Shown: piece by piece, positions 1 through 10,818 of the stretch
Layout: the number at the start of each line of letters is the position of its first letter
How positions within the stretch are numbered: position 1 is the first letter of the stretch
Source: Dicyema japonicum
Taxonomy: Eukaryota > Animalia > Dicyemida
Assembly: GCA_011109175.1 (NCBI GenBank)
Contig: RDEW01000008.1
Coordinates: 342,853 to 406,852 of the forward strand
DNA length: 64,000 nt
Direction of reading: 5' to 3'
Position numbers and translations under genes: made by a program
The notes under the pieces: generated by a model
What the model was told of the DNA's origin: nothing
The model's database searches: none
The model's input: only the letters and a program-made list of their open reading frames with translations

Positions 1-3000
1 TTAGATTTTAGGTCTCCAATCCTTGAAAAAATTCCTTTTAAGACAGTTATTGATTTAATTAATTCAGGAAATATTTGATTTCCGAAAAACAAGACATATT
101 GATTGTAGAACAGGCATGCACAGGGAAGGAAAGGCTACTACTAAACATTTACGATCTAAATTTGTTCAGAGACCTCACTTTAACGACTGCTCTATTTATG
201 ACTGTGATAATAATTTTGATGTTGCCGGTGCTTATGTTCATGGATTTTTATAGACTTTTTGGCAACACATACAGATAATCCTGATGTTACAAAAAAGCTC
301 GAGTCTCTGTCCACAACTTTCCTTGATCTTGAAAATGTTTCTAATTGGGCCACAACCAATGAGGAAATCGAAGGTATAGCAGGTCAGTGTCCATTTGATT
401 TAAGGTGTTCTACCGTTGAGGTAATTATAATTAAACATATATAGTCAGAACAGTTGGATACTCATTTTCGTGAACTTGAGAATGAGTTTGACAATTTTAT
501 GAAAGTAAGGAAAGCTTGTAATTTTAGGGTTTGGCTTATGAGGATTCCTTAAATACAATGGAAGTGTCTTTAAATTCAGTATTATTTAAAATAAATTAAG
601 AGCTCATTCATTCATGACGATTCATTTCAATTTTCACTATCTGAGGAACATCCTACTAAAGCAACTTCCAAATATGAGTACGCATCACTTGTTGATATTT
701 CTGTTGATTGTAACGAGTTTAGCCATATTCGTGACAAAATGGCCCACATTGTAGGGTTCATTAATATTCTTTAGTGGCCTTTTGAGTTGGATTTATTTCA
801 GAAACATGCTATTGCACTAATCGAGAATAGACAGAGTGTGTTAGTCTCTGCTCATACTTCTGCTGGAAAGACGGTTGTTTCTGAGTATGCGATTGCATTG
901 GCCTTTAAGCATATGACTCGGTTTTTATTTTTACGTTATCTTAGTGTTGTTTACACATCACCTGTGAAAGCTCTGAGTAATCAGAAATTCAGACAGTTCA
1001 AACATACTTTTAATGATGTTGGAATCATAACGGGGGATGTACAGGTGAACAGAAGTGCTAGCTGTGTGGTAATGACTACTGAAATTCTCCGTTCTTTGCT
1101 ATTCAATGGAGACAGGATGGTTCATAATTTAGAATATGTTGTATTCGACGAAGTCCACTACATAAACGATTCTCAGAGAGGTGTTGTTTGGGAGGAAGTT
1201 CTTATTTTGCTTCCAAATTACGTTGTAGTTGTTATTCTTTCAGCTTCTGTCCCCAATGCCATGGACTTTGCAGAATGTGTCGGGTTAGAGCTATGCTAAT
1301 GCGATTAGGTCAATAAAAGCTCGTAAAGTATTCGTGGTTGGAACTCTGAATAGACCTGTGCCATTGAAACCATACATTTATGTACCCCACCAATAGTACA
1401 ACAAGTATTTTGTGTCATTTTAAACGAAAAAGGAATCAGTTTTTGATAACAGAAGGTAGATTAGGGGTAATTATTGAGATTCTGTGAGGTTGCAAAAATC
1501 CTTAATAAAGAAGGGACAATCAATCATAATTGGGTTCACATAATAAATATTATTTCCCGCATGAACGATACTCCAATTGTCATTTTCTGCTTTTCAAAAA
1601 AACGTATAAGAACCATTTCCACTAAATTGATTGGGAAAGTATCCCTGACGACTGAGGGGGAGGCCCACAAAATACATGTCTTTTTAAACAAGACGTTACA
1701 ACGACTTTCCAAATGTGACAGAGAATTGCCGCAAATTTACTACATGAGGGAAACTCTAAGTTGTAGAATAGGGGTCCACCACAGTGGAATCTTACCTATA
1801 ATGAAAAAATGTGTTGAAATGCTATTTGAAGTCGGTCTTGTTAAAGTTTTACTTATTTTCACAATCTTAGGTACTCTTTGCCACTCATACCTTCTCAATG
1901 GGCGTAAATATGCCAGCCAAGGCTGTCTTTTTCGAAAATATATTTAAATTTGAGGGAAAGGGAATGAGAATGCTCCTTCCTGGAGAATATTTGCAAATGG
2001 CTGGAAGAGCGGGAAGGAGGGGAATGGACACTGTTGGGAAGGTTATAATCAGTATGAAGCCCCCAATTCCAGACGAACTGGCTATACGGGATCTCATCAC
2101 TGGTTCTGCCTGTCCTCTTCAATCAAGATTCAGGTTGTTTTTGACTTATTTCAAGACTCACTTACGGAACACTACTTAATTTACTTAAAACGGGAAACAT
2201 GGACGTGGAAGATGTGATACGATTGAGTTTCTCAGATTTTGGTGTACGTACATGTCTTGTAAAACAGGGAAAACAAATAAAATTATTGGAAGGGAATAAT
2301 TCCAACACAAAGGGGGTAATTAACTGTCGTACATGTATGCGAGATATTAGAGAATTCAAGCTCAATTTTGATGACTTTTCTACAGAATTGGATATTTTGA
2401 TTGTTTTATCTTTTTTTATTTTAGACTTGCGCTCTATCAGCTGCCTATGTGTTTGTCCCCGGAAGAGTCATTGTTGTACGTGTTCGGAGTAAAAACTGTC
2501 TCGGAATTATCCTTAATAAACCTATATATAAAAATATTGGCAGCTATCAGGTCACATGCATTGTATTTCCACCACCAAACGACAAGCTTACTTCTCCTCC
2601 AATGTTTAATGGCTATGTGAGATATTTTACAAGTAATTCTCTTATTGCAATGTCGTATATTGATGTTGAGAACATTATTTGGATTAGTGACTGTGTTATT
2701 GATATAAACGGTAATGTAATTATGAAGAATTTCCGTAAAAGGTTAAAGTGTGGTTATTTTAGAGGATCAAGCTCTCCTGAGGTTATGGAAATTAGGGATA
2801 GTTTGTACAAATATGCAGAGAATTGTGGGTTTTATATTCCATTTTTGAATAAACTCAAGCGTGACAACATGTTGAAAAGGAATATTCAGAGCATAAAGAG
2901 GATATTGACTGAATTTAATAAATTTAAATGTTCAGAATGTATTCATTTTGGGAGTCATGTATTATTATATTTGTTATACAGTTTAAATCAATCATTAAGG

Positions 3001-3527
3001 TTATGAAGAATGAGGAAGAATTAGAGAAGGTTAAGGGGGAGTACAAACAACAGGAAGAATCACTATATTCTGAGTACAACTGCAGATTAAATGTACTTTG
3101 TTTTATCAGTTTAGGTTCTCAAGTCTTTGAATTATGTTAGTCAAACTGGAGTTGTTGAGTTGAAGGGGAATTTTGCTAGAATTCTCAATCACATGGAGTT
3201 ATTTTTGACAGAATTGGCTGTTCATGGTGTACTCTCTTTACTAGAACCCCCCGATTTAGTGGCTGTCATGTCGGTGGTTATATATGAAGGTAAAATTAAA
3301 CGAGCCCCAGGAATATTTTCTATGAAATTCGAACAAGTTGTTTTATTTGTAAATTGTAGGCTTTGGTAAAAATGTATGAATTGGCTGATAAAATTGATGT
3401 TTTGCAGAATAATGTTATTGACCAATTTGAATTTATTTCCCCCAAACTTAATGATGGCTTGGCTGCTGTTACTTATAGCTGGGCCTTGGGTGTGGTACTC
3501 ATCATCTTTATTCTTTTAGCCATTTTN
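1..3527 (+). CDS. SKIV2L: SKI2/SKIV2L-like DExH RNA helicase, about 16 introns of 22-26 nt; 5' end outside the window, 3' end lost at the N join; local lesion at 1385-1438
   Basis: Spliced translation gives [18 protein letters not shown] (motif I), [57 protein letters not shown]. Example introns: 751-774, 921-944, 1284-1308. In-frame TAG 1394-1396 and TAA 1421-1423. Confidence 0.9.
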
Positions 3528-3528
3528 G

Positions 3529-4995
3529 TCCAAGGTGGATCACAGCCAAAAGGACTTAAACAACAATAATAAAATACTATGTGAAAATATCCTATAAAGA
3601 CCATAAGAAGTCGGATGTATCCTCGAAATATCTCAGTAAACCGAAAAGGGAACAAGATATGATTCACTTCACTGAAAATGACGTGAGAAATGTATTGAAA
3701 ACCATTAAAACAACCTAGCGGACCGGATAAGATCACAATGATCCTCTTGAAGAATATGGAAGACCTTGGAATCGCTGCATTAACGAGGATATTCAACCAC
3801 TCCATTAACAAAAATTCAATTCCAGCCTATGGAAGCTTACCCACCTACGTCCAATTTTAAAACCCGTAAAGTGAAGAAGGACCAGGCTTCATACAGACCG
3901 GTCGCGTTATTGTGTCCGGTGTCGAAACTTCTGGAAAAGCTGGTTCTTGCGAAAATCAAAAATTTTATCATGGATTTGTCATTTCAATATGATTTTAGAG
4001 AGGAGAGGTCTATTTCGACCCATTTATCTCCATTGACTAACTTTATACGATATGATTTTTCGCACTGGCCGGGACACATGAAGACTGTACTTTGCTCCAT
4101 AGACATCCACAAAGCTTTTGACTTAAGACTGTACTTTGCTCCATAGACTAACTTCCTTAGTGGTCGGAGGAAACGCGTCTGCATTTGCCATTCAAGGTCT
4201 ATTTAACGGCTTCTTCCTAATGGTGTTCCCCAAGGATCCCCTTTGTCCCCAGTATTATTCAATCTATTCATGGCGGACCTCCCCACATCGGACACCGAAA
4301 ATGATATTATTCTTACTTATGCCGACGACATTGTAATTAGTCACGTGATCAGGACATCCATATCGCCACTTCGAGATTGCAGCAAAATCTGGACCGTCTT
4401 AACGAATGGTTATCAAAGAATCGCCTAACTGCCAGCAGTGAGAAGTCCGTCACAAACCTATTTACATCAGACAAGAGACTGGGAAGACGGACAGTCTATC
4501 TGAAGACAAACAATGTAGTTAACCCTTTTAGAAAATCTCAAAAGATCCTTGGGGTGACTTTTTACATGCACATGTCATTCTCGTCCCATGTTGAAAAGAA
4601 AACAAATGTCTTATAATGTCTCACTTGCTTATGGAAGTACGGAAATCATCCTATTTTAAGTGCTATATACAAACAATACATTGAACCATCGTATCTTTTA
4701 AGCATGTAATATCTGGGACTCATTCATCTCTTGGACAAATGTCTTGAAGATCGAGGCTAGCCGAAAAAGAGCCTCCAAAATCACGGAACGCTGGATTTCT
4801 GGAGAGTTCCAGCCACCAATGCCTCTTGAAGCCTTGATACGAATGAACCATGGAACGCGTCGTCGTGACGCCGATGATCCAGTCACTCGACTGATACGTG
4901 GTTGAGGAAGGAGCATCGTGCCAAGATTAGGTCCCTGCTAGAGCGTGCTGGGATCACGTGATTAGTTAATTTGTGTAACCGTTGTCTCTGTTATT
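3529..4995 (+). mobile_element. Decayed Jockey/I-like LINE ORF2 (RT) with 3' end ('AGIT*' family)
   Basis: SYRPVALLCPVSKLLEKL, DIHKAFD, GVPQGSPLSPVLFN, YADDI, ILGVTF across frameshifts; ends GGGATCACGTGA followed by an AT-rich tail. Confidence 0.85.
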
Positions 4996-6149
4996 ATTAT
5001 AAGCCTTCTTGACTGAACGTAACGTCTAATGACATCTGATCTGACACAGAAAGATGGACTTTTCAGCGAAGATCAATTCTCGTCAACTGGATCCCACCCG
5101 TGAGGTGACGGTACACACAGGGATTTTCATACTTTTTTTCTGACCAACTCCACTAGTGAAGATTACCATTATGAAATCTTCGCCCAAGAATGAAATGATA
5201 TCCTCGACGGTAGCATGTGTGATGAAAATGGAAGAGAGTCGACCTACTTCTCCACCTCTCATCTGAAGCCTGTAACGGACTATTGGAGGATGGATTTAGT
5301 CGGCACAAGCAGACGTTCTTCTGTGGGTTCTTGGATTAATTAGTTATGACTGTGCTGGGTTTACTAAAAATTGTCAAGGGTAGCCTACTTCGATTTTTCC
5401 ATTATTAGTTGGGGTGGATTATCAGGATAATACCCACGTGGATGAGACCACCATTAGGATTAATTAACCATATTTTGATAATTAGNTGGGTTTACTAAAG
5501 ATTGTCAAGGGTAGCCTACTTCGATTTTTCCATTATTAGTTGGGGTGGATTATGAGGATAATACCCAAGTGGATGAGACCACCATAATGATTAATTAACC
5601 ATATTTTGATAATTAGTAAACAGATTGTCATGGTGCTCAAGAGTAGTTTATAAATATACTAGGATGTACCGTGGTAAAGAGTTAATAATTAGCATGTATT
5701 CATTTCTCACATTCGAAGTGAGACCCATATAACCATTGTGGGAACCCTTCTATTCGAATGGAGAGATGCATCCTTTTTAGTTTTTGCCCCACCTTCAGTA
5801 ATGTGGGAATCCAACTGATATCAAGCGTCCAGCTGATAGTATTGGGTATTCCCACACGTATCTTAATGTCATTGGTGATCCTAGTCCGAAGAGGATTTGA
5901 TTGATGATATCCCAAGCTGGTCAGGTGAGGACAACCAAAACTATGATCCTCCCAAGGTGATTTGCATAATTCTGAAATCTCTAAAGTTGTTTCTAAATTG
6001 GCGAAGGGAGGTTGTCATGAATCGTTTTTGTCATGGTGGACTTTGGTGGGGAATTTTCTTTAGCCATTACCTGATGTCCATGGCTTTAGAAACAATATGT
6101 CTTAGATTTTTTGTCGTTGCAGGGATGCATAGGATTTGTTAGGTCGTTC

Positions 6150-7160
6150 AGGAATTGTAGGTTTCGTGTACAAAGGTGATTTCAATGAAAAGTACAAGAA
6201 TCCCAATATAGATGCTATATATGTGTGCGCAGGTTGCAGCTAGTAATTGATCACAAGCCCACATTCTGAGTTTTATAAAGTTTTTGTAGATTTGAATGTG
6301 AAACACAGATAGACCAGGTGGAATTAATTCAGACTAGTTCTTACAAAGTGTTTGAATATAAGTTTAAGAATGTTTCTTCGTGTCCAATTTTGACTCCAGA
6401 AACAGTAGCGTTAAGTTTTCGTATGACCTTCAGGGTGACATGACCACGTGCAAAGAGTTCGACGGGGATAAAGTAAGTTGAGTATCAGGTATCGGTGTTG
6501 TTAGAATATCGAGATGTAACTTTTTCAAGGCTTCATCAATATTATTGTGTGTTTGAAACAATTATTAAATCATATACGTAATAGAGTGAGCTCTCAAGAA
6601 TATTACTCAAGTGAAAGTTAAACTGGGCGAGGGCAGAGCCTGTGGAACCTGTTTGGTTTGGCATGGTATATATTTGAAATCACAAGATTCGACTCTTTCC
6701 ACCAGACAGACCTTAGCTAAAATTGGATGAAATAATCTTGTTATAAAGCACGTGTCGTAAAGTTCTATTAAAAGCTTTGCTTAAGTTGATAGAGGCAAGG
6801 ACAGTACGAAGAGGTGGTTTATGGTTAGTGAATCCATTGGGGAAATAATCAGATTGTTAGGTGGTAGTGAATTGTTGTGTACGGAAACCGATTTTGATAG
6901 ATAAATTGGTGTTTCGCTGTGGAAAGTTTTTTTAATGGACAAGGCAGCAAAAATATTATTTTCAATGATTTTGGAAGCAGANAGGACAGTACGAAGAGGT
7001 GGTTTATGGTTAGTGAATCCATCGGGGATATAATCAGATTGTTAGGTGGTAGTGTACGGAAACCGATTTTGATAGATAAATTGGTGTTTTGCTGTGGAAA
7101 GTTTTTTTAATGGACAAGGCAGCAAAAATATTATTTTCAATGATTTTGGAAGCAGATGGA
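6150..7160 (-). mobile_element. Decayed LINE reverse transcriptase fragment
   Basis: Minus strand reads GFRTQQFTT...NGFTNHKPPLRTVLASINLSKAFNR, with a VPQ(G)SAL-like motif near 6630-6650. Confidence 0.7.
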
Positions 7161-7169
7161 ATCTTCATT

Positions 7170-7745
7170 CCTTTATCCTCACATGAACTTTAATCCAAGA
7201 CTATCTTCACAAGTCTGGTAGTTAAGGAGATACCTCGAAGAATACCGGGAAACAAGTTAAAGACTTTGTATCATCTGAAAATTCATTCAATAATTATTAC
7301 AAGTGGAATTGTACGAATACGTCATAACATTCTTTACATTTTTGAAAAACTGTTTCCATAACTTGAATCGTGTCAAAAGTGCTGAAGAGTCTTGTTATGA
7401 GTCATCTCTTCTGCTCTGTCAATGTCTACGTAAATTTAGAGGAGGACGATCTACCATTGAAATCTGTTTCCCAATCGTAAATGGATTCAATGAGATGGCT
7501 CTAAAATCAATTGACATCCAAAAGAGCTTCGACTCTGTCACATGTATCTGCCACTATGTTGTTTGTATCGACATTAAATGGTGAACCTTAGTTATTCCTT
7601 GGAGATATCCGCATTCCATCTACGAGATAATGGATCATTTTCTACACGATGACATTTACTCATAATACTGATCAACTTATAACCATAGAACTTTGAAAGT
7701 CAATGGTTTACATATTATTGCACAAAAGAGCTCACGTGACCTTGA
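7170..7745 (+). mobile_element. Decayed, internally deleted LINE RT fragment
   Basis: IVNGFNEMALKSIDIQKSFDSV; ends CTCACGTGA like the other LINE 3' ends. Confidence 0.55.
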
Positions 7746-7789
7746 TTTAATTAATTTTATTAAATTTCATTGATAAACAAAATAGACAA

Positions 7790-8150
7790 AAAGGTCTTAC
7801 AGCGGCCGCCCTGACTGGGGGACTATTCCCTCTTAAAGCAGCGAGCGAGATTTGTTCAAATAACCAGCAGCGCTCACTGGGATCTCCTGTTTGTGCAGAA
7901 ATCCGATTCCCTAGACGTCTCAAGAATTCCAATGTTGCTGGAGCTGACGTCTCAACGGCGGACAAACGAACAAAAAAACTTTCTCAGCGACAGAACTGGT
8001 TCCATAAGAACTCTAATGTTGAATTTAAGGGGCAAATGTGTCGGTGCAGGTGAATTCCCAGACAAGAGGTTTCCCGGTTTCGAAGGGGAAGATGGTCATC
8101 CTATCATGTCGTTTCCCGTCACGTCTGCATATAGGTTATTAAAAGGTTTC
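7790..8150 (-). mobile_element. CRE-like non-LTR element 3' end (restriction-like endonuclease)
   Basis: PFETGKPLVW..., AVETSAPATLEFLRRLGNRI...WLFEQISLAALRGNS. Confidence 0.8.
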
Positions 8151-8444
8151 TTGTGACCTTGAAAATAATTTTCGACTTGACAATGGTCAGAGGGCTAGGA
8201 ATTCGCAGCTCAATAGACTTATCTCTCGTCTCTAATGGCTAATACCCGAGGATTCTACACTCCCTTCCATAATTATCTACTGACCAGANTCAGAGGGCTA
8301 GGAATTCGCAGCTCAAAAGGCTTATCTCTCGTCTCTAATGGCTAATACCCGAGGATTCTACACTCCCTTCCATAATTATCTACTGACCAGACAAACAAGA
8401 ATTTTTCTTACCCAGAAAAAGAAATATTAGTACCAAATTTAGAA

Positions 8445-9902
8445 TTATTGAGTGACATCTCTAACAGCTTTGACAAAATAGTCAATGTTTCCAGTATTAA
8501 GTCCAGTAACAGATATACGTCCATCATTGGTCATATAAATAGAGTATTTATCCCTCAATATTTCAACCTAAAAGTAATAAATATATTAAACATATTTCTT
8601 TTCTATTCCAGTAAAACAGAACATTCCAATCTGTCGTTCAACATGACTCCAATCTCTACTGGAACCATATTCACCCATTTTACTAACAACCATTTTACGC
8701 ATCTTCAAAACTCTATTAGCCATTCCTTTAACTTCCTCACACCTATAATTAAACCAACATTACAAATACCACAAATTCATCAATTCTTGGTTATTTAGTA
8801 TTTTTGAGGCAATTTTTGCACCATGAATTGGCGGAAAAGAACATAGACGTCTCCCAATAAACAACAAATTCGACATGACTCCTTCTTTTTCTTCTTCAGA
8901 ATTACAAACCACTGTAAGTGTCCCAGTCCTTTCTCCATATAATCCCATATTTTTGGAAAACGACTGGGCAAGCAAAACAGAACATCCTCCCGAATTTGCC
9001 TGATTTGTCAAATACCGAACAGCAGCAGCGTCGAAAGCAAGGTCACCAGTGGCGTACCCTTGATAGGCCATATCGAAGAATAAACAACAATTTTTCTTAG
9101 AAAGAACATCCAAAATAGCTTTCCATTGGTCCATCTATTGGTGAATCATTAAATTAACAGTTGGGTCAACTCCAGTTGGGTTATGAGCGCAAGCATGAAG
9201 AAGTACAATAGATCCGTCATCCAATGCCTAGTGTTATAATTGATAATACTTGTAAATCAGCCATCATCCCTTCAAAATCAAGATTATTAGTATGACGATC
9301 ATAGTATCTGTAAGAACTTACCTTCATTCCTACTTTACTGAAAATTCCACTATGGTTGGCCCAAGAAGGATTTGGTAAAAATATCTCTTTCTTTAAGGGC
9401 CAATTCATCATCTAGGAGTCACATAAATATATACCAAAAATTCAGCCCCCAGTCTGAGAGCACCTGTCCCTGACACAGATTGAAAAGTACAGTTCTACAA
9501 AATCAAATAAAACTCGTAGATAATGAAATAAAATAATACAAGGTTGTTTCGAATAACATTAGAGTCCTCACCAAAGGCTATAACCGCAGCTTTCTGACGA
9601 AAGTCAGGAAATCCAGACAATGGTGGATACTCCTTGTTGGTGTTTTCTGCCAAAATCATATTCTCAGCCTTAAATGTTATCCCAGTAATCACTTTTTTTA
9701 CGACATCAAGCACATAAGGTTGTCCATTATCGTCTCTATAGGCACCAATAGTTAGATTTATTTTATTAGGATTTTGGTCTTTCTTGAATGCATCGCTTAG
9801 TCCTAAGATAGCATCGGGGGGCATTGCTACAACGTTTGACCATTTGCGATTAAAATGATTTATGAATTTGGAATTTTTCCACAATCCGAGATTACGAATC
9901 AT
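8445..9902 (-). CDS. GOT2: Mitochondrial aspartate aminotransferase, intact, 7 introns
   Basis: Basic N-terminal leader, then [76 protein letters not shown] (PLP lysine), [14 protein letters not shown]; TAA stop 8445-8447; no internal stops after splicing. Confidence 0.97.
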
Positions 9903-10096
9903 TCAATTGAATTCTAATTAATTTAAAATACTATTTAAATTTAAGATGTTTAAAATAAAATATAATTTTAAAATATTATTTAATAAATTTTGTAGTAAAA
10001 AACTTGTTTGCTTGATGATTAATAGGTCACTTATGTTTAATTAATTCGTTTTAATAGCTAAATAATTTTAGTAATTTACATGTTAACTTAATGTTC

Positions 10097-10420
10097 TAAC
10101 GTGGCGCCATGTGGTGCTATGTGACCAGTTTGTCAAAAATTATTTTCCCTCCTTTAATGGCGTCATTGGATCCATCTTACTGAAGAGACGCCAAATGCAT
10201 GGCGGGCATCAAGAGGATCAACTATTCTTTCCCCGGGACAATGTCGTTGTCATTGGATCCATCTTACTGAAGAGACGCCAAATGCATGGCGGGCATCAAG
10301 AGGATCAACTATTCTTTCCCCGGGACAATGTCGTTACCAGGAGACAAATTCTGGAACGTTGGAACGAGTCAAAATAAAGGAATTAGTTAGTTTGGTTACC
10401 TTTGGTCTTTGGAATAATTT
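10097..10420 (+). repeat. Short LINE-derived 3' fragment with an internal 87-bp tandem duplication
   Basis: Aligns by eye with 16549-16830; ends TTAGTT...TTGGTCTTT.GAATAATTT like the 'AGIT*' LINE 3' UTR. Confidence 0.6.
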
Positions 10421-10818
10421 TAATTTAATGTTATATTGCAATTTTATTGTGGTTTTTAATTTAATGTGGTGTTATAATGGTTCGCAATAAATAATTTGTA
10501 ATTCCCTAAGTTTCAAAATGATTAATTCATGATTGCATATTTAATCGACCAGCATTCATATTAAACTAAATATGTATTCTAGATTACGATTTCATTTTTA
10601 GTTAAAATAGTCCCATCTTACTTTTAAACCTTAATTTCGCATGTCCTGATGTGAAAATTCATTATTTTTATAACGAAAAATGTATTACACGAATGAATGT
10701 ATGCAAAAATATGCAAAGAAAAACAAGGCCCTCTAAAATACCTCATAATTTAGCTATTTCTAAACGAGAGACGTTTAAGTAGTATAATAGTCTAATCCAC
10801 TATAATGGAGTTGGGTAG

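Noticed and set aside
8448-9100. Short plus-strand ORFs (8448-8798, 8918-9100) and similar antisense ORFs elsewhere as genes
   Set aside because: They are shadows of real genes or TE ORFs on the opposite strand and carry no recognisable motifs.
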